Shown here in pieces: positions 8,058 through 14,540 of a stretch of DNA of 34,566 nt. The stretch is from a virus. Lineage: Duplodnaviria; Caudoviricetes. The stretch's first letter is position 1, and each line of letters starts with the position of its first letter. The DNA lies in IMG/VR virus record IMGVR_UViG_3300011918_000007, positions 1 to 34,566 of that record, one strand, 5' to 3'. The notes under the pieces were generated by a model. That model made no database searches. It saw only the letters and a list, made by a program, of their open reading frames with translations, and was not told the origin of the DNA. Both the position numbers and the translations under genes were made by a program.

Positions 8058-8228
8058 ATGGACATTAACAAGATTATCATGAACGCAGGCTCGCAGAGTG
8101 AGCTTGCCCGTATGCTAGGGGTTGAGCGTGGCGCTGTATGGCTGTGGAAGCGAAATGGGGTCATACCTAAGTCGCGTTTGTGGCAGATACAGTTGCATTT
8201 TCCTGAACTATTGAAAGACAAACCATGA
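8058..8228 (+). CDS. Cro/YdaS-like HTH regulator
   Basis: GSQSELARMLGVERGAVWLW...IP..R..QI..; first rightward gene. Confidence 0.85.
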   Translation: MDINKIIMNAGSQSELARMLGVERGAVWLWKRNGVIPKSRLWQIQLHFPELLKDKP

Positions 8229-8512
8229 GTTACGCTGAAACAGAGATGAAAATTATCCGTCAGGTCGAGGCAACTTGCGGTTTTGACGGAAACATTGAGT
8301 TTGACCTAGAGGCCATCGAGGACTACATGGAATCGCTGACATGGTTTAACGAACAAAACAGCCCAGACAAGATGGCCAAGATGATCGGCTGGATTGGTAT
8401 TTCGCTGATTAGCATCTGTGCGACATTGGATGTGAACTTTGCTGATTGCCTAAACATAGCTTATGAAGAAGGCGAAAAAAGTTCTGAAGCGTTTGAAGAT
8501 GACGATTCTTAG
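8225..8512 (+). CDS. MazG-like all-alpha protein, possibly catalytically degenerate
   Basis: Helical pattern ending IG.I.ISLI..CA.LDV.F.DCL..AYEE resembles phage MazG-like proteins; acidic catalytic motif poorly conserved. Confidence 0.5.
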   Translation: MSYAETEMKIIRQVEATCGFDGNIEFDLEAIEDYMESLTWFNEQNSPDKMAKMIGWIGISLISICATLDVNFADCLNIAYEEGEKSSEAFEDDDS

Positions 8513-8520
8513 GCTATAAT
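8493..8520 (+). promoter_or_regulatory. Promoter for replication operon
   Basis: TTGAAG-N16-TATAAT; predicted start at about 8527, the 5' edge of the structured leader. Confidence 0.65.
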
Positions 8521-8527
8521 TTTTTTA

Positions 8528-8590
8528 AACAAGGCTAGGTGCGAAGTCATGAGCGCACCGAAAAGAGTTACCCGTTCTCCTGCCATTGTT
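8528..8590 (+). ncRNA. Structured leader RNA, three-way junction (copy A)
   Basis: GGC-U-AG/CU-GCC, GUGCG/CGCAC and GAG/CUC stems; ACCCGUU loop complementary to AACGGGU at 8600-8606. Confidence 0.6.
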
Positions 8591-8625
8591 TCTTTTTCAA
8601 ACGGGTTGTTAAAAACTGGAAAACA

Positions 8626-9405
8626 ATGCACTACTACACATTTAATGTGGGTGACTACCGCAAGGATACTGGTCACCTTACAACGCTTGAGCATGGCATT
8701 TATCGCCAATTGCTTGATTGGTACTACCTAGACGAAACACCAATACCCAAAGAAACCCAAACGGTTATCAGGCGGTTACGATTGGGTTCTGATTCGGATA
8801 TTCAATCACTACAAAATGTGCTAAATGACTTCTTTGTTTTGCAAGACGATGGGTATCACCAAGGCCATTGCGATGTGGTTATTGCCAAGTATCACGAGAA
8901 CGCAGACAAGAACAAGGTCAACGGGAAGCTAGGTGGAAGGCCAAAGAAAACCCAGTCGGTTATTTTGGGAAACCCAACTGAAACCGAATCAAAAGGCAAC
9001 CACCAACCAATAACCATTAACCAAGAACCAAAGGTAAAGACGCAGCGCGGTTCCCGCCTGCCTGCCGATTGGTCTTTGCCAGATGATTGGAAAGAATGGG
9101 CAGAGCAAGAACGATCAGACCTAAACATCAAGACGGTGGCAGACAGTTTTAAAGACTTTTGGATTGCCAAGCCTGGAGCTGGTGGCGTTAAGTTGGATTG
9201 GCAAGCAACATGGCGCAACTGGATACGCAGTCAATCAGCGCCCAAGACTTTTGCCAACAAGTTTGATGTAGCGCACATTACTACACCAACACCGCCAAAC
9301 CAAGACGCTGCATTGCGGAAGATTGAAGAACATAGAAAAAATGCTGTGCCGCCTTCGTTAGAAGTGTTGGCTAAATTGGCAGAATTACGAAAGGCGGCGC
9401 AATGA
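8626..9405 (+). CDS. YdaU (DUF1376)-family replication initiator (lambda O-like)
   Basis: MHYY.F.VGDY..DT.HL..LEHG.Y..LLD.YY N-terminus; NGKLGGRPKK; C-terminal F.DFW....KLDW.ATWRNW domain. Confidence 0.88.
   Translation: MHYYTFNVGDYRKDTGHLTTLEHGIYRQLLDWYYLDETPIPKETQTVIRRLRLGSDSDIQSLQNVLNDFFVLQDDGYHQGHCDVVIAKYHENADKNKVNGKLGGRPKKTQSVILGNPTETESKGNHQPITINQEPKVKTQRGSRLPADWSLPDDWKEWAEQERSDLNIKTVADSFKDFWIAKPGAGGVKLDWQATWRNWIRSQSAPKTFANKFDVAHITTPTPPNQDAALRKIEEHRKNAVPPSLEVLAKLAELRKAAQ
8949..9032. repeat. Iteron-like repeats, probable replication origin
   Basis: AACC-N5-GGTT at 8949; AAACC at 8970 and 8981; five tandem AACCANN 7-mers at 8998-9032. Confidence 0.6.
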
Positions 9406-10070
9406 AAGTTTTGCCAATCAAGCCTGAAGAAGCAGAGCCTTGGTTGCTCAAGAAGCATTACGCAAAGCGTATGTGTCCAATCAGCTACGCTTTTGGTGTT
9501 TACCGTGACACGCAATTGATTGGCGTTGTGACTTACGGAACGCCAGTAAGCAGCGCCTTGCGTGTTGGTGTTTGTGGTGAAAAATGGATAGAAAATGTAA
9601 TTGAATTAAATCGGCGTTGTTGTGAAAACGAAAAAAACGTTGCTTCAATACTTGTTGGCAGGTCTTTAAAAATGTTGCCAAAGCCTTCGGTAGTTGTTTC
9701 CTACGCAGATACAGAGCAAGGTCACGTTGGTTATGTGTATCAGGCCACAAATTTTGTTTATACAGGTCTAAGTGCTAAACGAACAGATTGGAAACTTAAA
9801 GGCATGGAGCATTTGCATGGCGCAACTGTGGCAGATATGAGCCGAGGCCAAGAAAACCGCGCTCAATGGATGCGTGACAAATTTGGTGATGACTTTTACT
9901 TAGAAGACAGGGCAAGAAAACACCGCTATGTGTATTTTGTTGGAAGCCAAAAACAAAAGAAAGCCATGCTGTCAGACCTGAACTACGGCCTTGAATCGTA
10001 TCCAAAAGGCGACAGCAGACGTTATGACGCTGGCGGTGTGGTTGCAACACAAGAACTTTTATTTGTATGA
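9402..10070 (+). CDS. Mom-like adenine-modification protein (GNAT fold)
   Basis: KKHYA, AFG.Y....LIGVVTYG.P, ELNR, SYAD..QGHVG.VYQATNF.YTG and KHRYVYF motifs. Confidence 0.8.
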   Translation: MKVLPIKPEEAEPWLLKKHYAKRMCPISYAFGVYRDTQLIGVVTYGTPVSSALRVGVCGEKWIENVIELNRRCCENEKNVASILVGRSLKMLPKPSVVVSYADTEQGHVGYVYQATNFVYTGLSAKRTDWKLKGMEHLHGATVADMSRGQENRAQWMRDKFGDDFYLEDRARKHRYVYFVGSQKQKKAMLSDLNYGLESYPKGDSRRYDAGGVVATQELLFV

Positions 10071-10270
10071 ACTACTACGAAGCAGTAAAAATACTTGACC
10101 AAGTGCGTGATAATGTGTCTTATAATATAGACACGATTAACAAGGCTTTGGAACTAACAGGTGACTTGGACATTGGAGAATGTGAGGGAGATGCAAATCC
10201 AGCATCTCACAAATATGGCTCGCAAACCTGGCTGGACAGCTTATGCCAAGGCAAGGTCAGAGGAACTTGA
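10067..10270 (+). CDS. Hypothetical protein
   Basis: ATGA coupling; helical N-terminal half. Confidence 0.6.
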   Translation: MNYYEAVKILDQVRDNVSYNIDTINKALELTGDLDIGECEGDANPASHKYGSQTWLDSLCQGKVRGT

Positions 10271-10334
10271 GAAAGAAGACTTGTTTAAAGGTATCACCAA
10301 TGAAGTGCGAGAGCGCCTAAAGGAGCAGCCATGA
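10191..10334 (+). CDS. Hypothetical protein (47 aa)
   Basis: Own translation MQIQHLTNMARKPGWTAYAKARSEELEKEDLFKGITNEVRERLKEQP; stop coupled to next ATG; start may be GTG 10182. Confidence 0.55.
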   Translation: MQIQHLTNMARKPGWTAYAKARSEELEKEDLFKGITNEVRERLKEQP

Positions 10335-10534
10335 ACACGAAACTGAATCAAGCATTTGCAGAATTGGATTATGAACAGTCGCCAGAGGACATTCAGCGCG
10401 TCATTGACGTACTGGACGCAACCAGTAAAGCGTGGATGAACATGACCCAAGCTGATTACGACAAGCTAATTTGGCAAGATGAACGCATTGCTATCCAGCG
10501 CGTAGAGTTTGAAATGAATGGGGTAGATGAATGA
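10331..10534 (+). CDS. Hypothetical protein
   Basis: SD AAGGAG; ATGA coupling. Confidence 0.65.
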   Translation: MNTKLNQAFAELDYEQSPEDIQRVIDVLDATSKAWMNMTQADYDKLIWQDERIAIQRVEFEMNGVDE

Positions 10535-10638
10535 ACTGGCCTTTTCCACCCGCAACAGGCGCTGTTCCTTGGACTGCCAAACAAATCAAAGCGTACCAAC
10601 AAGCGCAACGCGCACAACTTCCAGAGGCTCCATTATGA
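10531..10638 (+). CDS. Small Pro/Trp-rich protein (35 aa)
   Basis: MNWPFPPATGAVPWTAKQIKAYQQAQRAQLPEAPL; ATGA overlaps at both ends. Confidence 0.6.
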   Translation: MNWPFPPATGAVPWTAKQIKAYQQAQRAQLPEAPL

Positions 10639-11030
10639 GTAAAGAAGCAATGAAGCTGGCGCTTGAGGCGTTGAAGGAGTCGCATCCAAAGCCATACAGC
10701 GAGTCTGTGATTACGCATGTTGAAGCCATCAAAGCCCTAGAAGAAGCACTAGCCAAGCAAGAACAGGGTGAGCCTGTGGCGTGGCGTAACGCTGCAATTC
10801 GAGTTGGTGAGGATTTGTGTTCGGTTGGACCGCATGGTTACTACGACATGACCGCAGAACAATGGCTTGATTGGGCATTAAGCGTTGTAACTGTGCATTT
10901 ACCACCACAACAACGCACATGGGTTGGGCTGACGGATGAGGAAGCAAACGAGTTGTGGGAAAGCACAGATTCAGATTGGGAGTTAATGAAGCGAGTAGAA
11001 GCAAAACTCAAGGAGAAGAACAGTGGATGA
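10635..11030 (+). CDS. Modular hypothetical protein (EPVA-repeat type)
   Basis: MSKEAMKLALEAL...QEQGEPVA...QRTWVGLTDEE...EAKLKEKN; true start 10635 by coupling. Confidence 0.7.
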   Translation: MSKEAMKLALEALKESHPKPYSESVITHVEAIKALEEALAKQEQGEPVAWRNAAIRVGEDLCSVGPHGYYDMTAEQWLDWALSVVTVHLPPQQRTWVGLTDEEANELWESTDSDWELMKRVEAKLKEKNSG

Positions 11031-11464
11031 CGACACCACAATCAAAGCAAGAGCAGGGTGAGCCTGTGGCGATTGTTGAAAAAGTTATCAAAAATCTTGA
11101 GCCACTTCTTGACGCAAAAAACCAATCGTGGGCAAAAGCAGAAAAGATGTTGCTCAGTATTCTTGAAAATCAATCAGAACAGCCAAAGCAAGAGCAGCGC
11201 AGCGACAGCGAGCAACTGGGTGAGCCTGTGGCTGTGATGGAGTTGCATGAAGGTGGATGGGATTTGGTTGAAGACATTGACACCGATTGGCTTGAGACGT
11301 TGCCTTTCGGAACAAAGCTCTACACCACACCACAACAACGCAAGCCGCTGACGTTTGAACGAGTTTACGAATTGTGGTTGGCACGTTTTGACACAAACGA
11401 ATATGACGATGTGTTTATGAACTTTGCCAGAGCAATCGAAGCCACTCACGGCATTAAGGAGTAA
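11027..11464 (+). CDS. Modular hypothetical protein (EPVA-repeat type)
   Basis: Two EPVA units, LYTTPQQRKPLT, FARAIEA.HGI; SD AAGGAG. Confidence 0.7.
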   Translation: MTTPQSKQEQGEPVAIVEKVIKNLEPLLDAKNQSWAKAEKMLLSILENQSEQPKQEQRSDSEQLGEPVAVMELHEGGWDLVEDIDTDWLETLPFGTKLYTTPQQRKPLTFERVYELWLARFDTNEYDDVFMNFARAIEATHGIKE

Positions 11465-11476
11465 GACAGGTGAGAT

Positions 11477-12055
11477 ATGCCTAAACTAATTACACCAAAT
11501 GAACTTTACAGGCGGCAAAACTGGAGCAGGGTTTGTGGGTCTTGTGGTATTACTTTTGGTTGGAAAAAATCTGGCGACAAAGCAAAGTATTGCAGCAATG
11601 TATGCTCTGGAAAAGCTAATGGTTCTATTTCAACTGATAGAGGAAAATTAACAAAATACAACTGTTTTGAATGTAAAAAAGACTTTACTTCGTATCATAA
11701 AAACAGAAAATTTTGCAGCAAACAATGTGCAAACGAAGCATGGAGTAAAGATATGCCAAGAGGCTATGCCTGTAAAAAAGATGCAAACCACAATGAAATT
11801 GTTGAAGCATTACAAAAAGTTGGGGCTTCTGTAATTGATATGTCCCATGTTGGGAGGGGGTTTCCTGATTTGATTGTTGGGTTTCAGTCAAAAACCATTT
11901 TGATGGAAATCAAAAATCCTAAAACTGCCTATGGCAAAAGAGGGTTAAACAAAAATCAATTGAAATGGAAAGAGCAATGGACAGGTGGCACATATTGCGT
12001 TGTAGATGGCCCTGAAGCCGCTTTAAGAATGATTGGCGTATGCGGTATAACCTAG
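11477..12055 (+). CDS. PD-(D/E)XK VRR-NUC-like endonuclease with two N-terminal Cys4 zinc fingers
   Basis: CxxC..F...K(Y/F)CSxxC twice; DAN..EIV.AL...GA.V, GFPDLIVG, MEIK, L...Q..W. Confidence 0.75.
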   Translation: MPKLITPNELYRRQNWSRVCGSCGITFGWKKSGDKAKYCSNVCSGKANGSISTDRGKLTKYNCFECKKDFTSYHKNRKFCSKQCANEAWSKDMPRGYACKKDANHNEIVEALQKVGASVIDMSHVGRGFPDLIVGFQSKTILMEIKNPKTAYGKRGLNKNQLKWKEQWTGGTYCVVDGPEAALRMIGVCGIT

Positions 12056-12459
12056 AAGACCAAGCTCAAGCCACGAGCCTGATGAAGCATTTATGGCCAA
12101 AGGTTAAAGAATCGTTGGCAGCGGGTAACCAATTGACGTTAGAGATCAAACCAGCCAGTAAGAGCCGCGACCAAGAGGAAAAGTATCACGCCATCATTGG
12201 CGACATTGCCAAGCAAGCGCAACACATGGGCGCTAAGTGGGATGCTGAAACGTGGAAAAGGCTACTGGTTGACAAATATGTGCGTGAAATAGGCTTGACA
12301 AGCAAAATAATGGCAAATCTGGATAACGATGGGCTGGTGCAACTTGGATTTCAGACCCGCAAATTCACAAAAGAACAAGCCAGCGAGTTTGTAGAGTTTT
12401 TATTGGCATGGTCAGCAGAAAACGGAATCACATTAAATGACAGCAATTCCAAAGTTTAA
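12040..12459 (+). CDS. ninB: NinB-family recombination protein
   Basis: S.DQ..KYHA.I.DIAKQ, W..E.WK.LL, G..T.KFT..Q.SE.VE...AW. Confidence 0.8.
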   Translation: MRYNLEDQAQATSLMKHLWPKVKESLAAGNQLTLEIKPASKSRDQEEKYHAIIGDIAKQAQHMGAKWDAETWKRLLVDKYVREIGLTSKIMANLDNDGLVQLGFQTRKFTKEQASEFVEFLLAWSAENGITLNDSNSKV

Positions 12460-12751
12460 TTACTTCAGAAGCACCAAGCATTTAAAGAATGTGGCCAACT
12501 TGCCTTGCCAAAATTGCTACATAGAAGACCAAACCCAAGCTGCACATAGCAATTGGGCTGAACACGGCAAAGGCAGGGGCATTAAAGCAAGTGACGAATT
12601 CACGGCTGCGTTATGCCAAACCTGCCACGCAGAGTTAGATTCAGGCGCAAAACTAAGTAAAGAACAGCGCCGAATGTTGTGGGACTTGGCTTACTTTAGG
12701 ACTGTAAGCCGCTTAAAAGGCCAAAACCTGTGGCCAGATCACTTGCCGTGA
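12437..12751 (+). CDS. Zinc-binding putative nuclease (DUF968/YbcO-like)
   Basis: LPCQNC, QAAH, GKG.GIKASD, LC..CH..LD. Confidence 0.7.
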   Translation: MTAIPKFNYFRSTKHLKNVANLPCQNCYIEDQTQAAHSNWAEHGKGRGIKASDEFTAALCQTCHAELDSGAKLSKEQRRMLWDLAYFRTVSRLKGQNLWPDHLP

Positions 12752-12906
12752 GCCTTGACTGCTGGCATTTTTTCGTGCTTCTTTAATTCTTTTTCAACGG
12801 CAACAATGCGCTTCATTTCTGATTTGTGTTGTTTTTCTGGTTCATAGTGGCCAGTTGGGGTTTTTTTAGATTTCATGTCGCCAGAGATTGTGAAATTGGT
12901 AGCCAT
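12739..12906 (-). CDS. Small basic protein, counter-oriented (55 aa)
   Basis: SD AGGA before ATG 12906; fills otherwise empty space; K/H/E-rich helix. Confidence 0.6.
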   Translation of the reverse strand: MATNFTISGDMKSKKTPTGHYEPEKQHKSEMKRIVAVEKELKKHEKMPAVKAHGK

Positions 12907-12928
12907 AGGAATTCCTGTTAAAATAACA

Positions 12929-12957
12929 TTGACATTGTGCCACCAACGGCATAAAGT
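12929..12957 (+). promoter_or_regulatory. Strong rightward promoter at head of late region
   Basis: TTGACA-N17-TAAAGT. Confidence 0.7.
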
Positions 12958-12986
12958 CACCAAACAACTTTCTTAAGGAAATTATC

Positions 12987-13205
12987 ATGGGTAAAATGGA
13001 TACAGGCAAAGGCGCACCAAGTTCAACTGGCGCAACTCCACCCAAAGGCGCTGACAAGCCAGACAACAGCGGTAACCGCATGGGTAAAGTCGTTGGCGGC
13101 GTTGGCATGGGCAAAGAAGACATGATCGACAACAACAAGCAATTCAACACTGGCAAGACCGAAGGTGTTTGCTACGTTAAAGAAAAAGCCTGTTACCCTT
13201 GCTAA
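12987..13205 (+). CDS. Small Gly/Lys-rich protein
   Basis: SD TAAGGA; biased codon usage resembling highly expressed genes. Confidence 0.7.
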   Translation: MGKMDTGKGAPSSTGATPPKGADKPDNSGNRMGKVVGGVGMGKEDMIDNNKQFNTGKTEGVCYVKEKACYPC

Positions 13206-13283
13206 AATAGCGAAACCTCTGCAACCGTGAAGGGATTGCAAAGGCTTCTAACCAAACAACTGAAAAGGAGTTGAAATGGCTGA
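13205..13283 (-). ncRNA. Predicted cis-antisense RNA to HNH copy 2
   Basis: Minus-strand GTGAAG-N17-TAAAAT promoter; 15-bp stem fully paired only on minus strand; covers SD and ATG. Confidence 0.5.
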
Positions 13284-13779
13284 GTCAAATTTTAGCTTGT
13301 CGCAAGATTTACTTCACGAACTGTTTGAGTATCGTGATGGAAAGCTATTTTGGAAAAAAGTTACATCTACTAGAACAGATGTAATTGGCAAAGAGGTTGG
13401 ATGTATCAATGCGCGTGGATACAGACTAACGCAAATTGGCAAAAAAAATTATTTAGTGCATCGTTTGATTTATGTGATGTTTTATGGAAAAGTTCCTGAA
13501 ATACTTGACCATATCGATGGAAACACATTAAACAACAACATTGAAAATTTACGCCCAGCAACATCTTTGCAAAATGCGTACAACCAAAAAAACTATAAAA
13601 ATAATAAGACTGGTGTTAAAGGAGTAAACTTTAACAATCAATGTGGTAAATTTTCAGCAAGATGTCAAGTCAATAAAAAACAAAATTGGCTTGGCTTTTT
13701 TCCTACATTAAAACTGGCTGAAGAAGCTGTAAAAGCCTTCAGAACTGAACATCATGGGGAATATGCAAATCATGGATAA
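13276..13779 (+). CDS. HNH endonuclease with AP2-like domain (copy 2)
   Basis: HRLIY, LDHIDGN..NN.IENLR.AT..QN..N, N.TGVKGV; SD AAGGAG. Confidence 0.9.
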   Translation: MAESNFSLSQDLLHELFEYRDGKLFWKKVTSTRTDVIGKEVGCINARGYRLTQIGKKNYLVHRLIYVMFYGKVPEILDHIDGNTLNNNIENLRPATSLQNAYNQKNYKNNKTGVKGVNFNNQCGKFSARCQVNKKQNWLGFFPTLKLAEEAVKAFRTEHHGEYANHG

Positions 13780-13996
13780 ATCATGTAGAGGCTGCGATCA
13801 CTTTGTTGATAGTGGTCACAGCGTAGGTACTTGCAGACGTTATCCGCAGTATCAAAACAGATCACCCAACGAGCGTTGCGGTGAATTTTTGGCTTTGGAA
13901 TACGGCGAACCTGTATTAGATATGCTTGCGTTGCCAGTTGTATCTGAGCCGCCAAAGCGCAAAGGCAGACCGCCAAAGGTGTCTTATGACCATTAA
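13772..13996 (+). CDS. Small Cys-rich protein with AT-hook-like tail
   Basis: CxxC..F...G.CRRYP...CGEF; KRKGRPPK. Confidence 0.65.
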   Translation: MDKSCRGCDHFVDSGHSVGTCRRYPQYQNRSPNERCGEFLALEYGEPVLDMLALPVVSEPPKRKGRPPKVSYDH

Positions 13997-14273
13997 GCCA
14001 TTACGAGACAAGATCATTGTTAAGCCTGAGCAACGCTTTAAGTCTGAATTGTTGGACTTAAGCAAAGTAGAAGGCGCGTTTACCACAGGCCATGTGGTTG
14101 CGTTAGGTGATGATGCTATGCGCCAAGGGTTGAAGATGGGCGACTTAGTGCATTATGGAACTGTGGCAGACACAGCCAAAGACGAATATCTAAAGTTTGA
14201 GCCGATTAAAATTGGTGACGACATTTGTTTGCGGATGAGTTGGCAAGACATTTGTTTTGTGGAAGAAGCATGA
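13986..14273 (+). CDS. GroES/Cpn10-like co-chaperonin
   Basis: IKPLRDKIIVK, G.VVALG, LK.GD.V.YG, C-terminal M...DI..V.E. Confidence 0.8.
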   Translation: MTIKPLRDKIIVKPEQRFKSELLDLSKVEGAFTTGHVVALGDDAMRQGLKMGDLVHYGTVADTAKDEYLKFEPIKIGDDICLRMSWQDICFVEEA

Positions 14274-14386
14274 ACAAGATCAAATGGTTAGTTTGGAAGA
14301 TTGGCAAACTTTTAGAACGCAAAGACCCAAAGAAACGCCCAAGACTGTATAAACAAGCAACCGTAGTAACTGGAGAAGATAAATGA
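14270..14386 (+). CDS. Small basic protein (38 aa)
   Basis: MNKIKWLVWKIGKLLERKDPKKRPRLYKQATVVTGEDK; ATGA coupling at both ends. Confidence 0.5.
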   Translation: MNKIKWLVWKIGKLLERKDPKKRPRLYKQATVVTGEDK

Positions 14387-14538
14387 AAGAAACGATTAAC
14401 TTGCGTATCCAAGACCTGATGGTCAAAGGCCGTGAGCTAGAGCAGCAACTGCAACAGATCAATGGTGCGTTGCAACAATGCCAATGGACTTTGGCTGAGT
14501 TGGAAAAAGAAGAAGCGCCCGCCAAACAAGAGGAGTAA
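14383..14538 (+). CDS. Small coiled-coil protein (51 aa)
   Basis: MKETINLRIQDLMVKGRELEQQLQQINGALQQCQWTLAELEKEEAPAKQEE; SD GGAG. Confidence 0.65.
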   Translation: MKETINLRIQDLMVKGRELEQQLQQINGALQQCQWTLAELEKEEAPAKQEE

Positions 14539-14540
14539 GC

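Noticed and set aside
8533-8584. Hammerhead ribozyme (three-way junction with CGAAA after a stem)
   Set aside because: The CUGANGA core is absent and copy B lacks GAAA; self-cleavage by another mechanism is untested.
8539-8625. 29-aa N-terminal extension of the initiator given in the ORF track
   Set aside because: The family motif begins at MHYY (8626) with a GGA SD; the upstream segment is better explained as structured leader.
10527-10634. N-terminal extension of ORF 10527..11030
   Set aside because: A different frame (10531..10638) is ATGA-coupled on both sides; the real start is 10635.
10753-11345. CRISPR-like array from the repeated GGGTGAGCCTGTGGC units
   Set aside because: Only three copies, irregular spacing of about 160-290 nt, in frame within coding sequence, and no cas genes.
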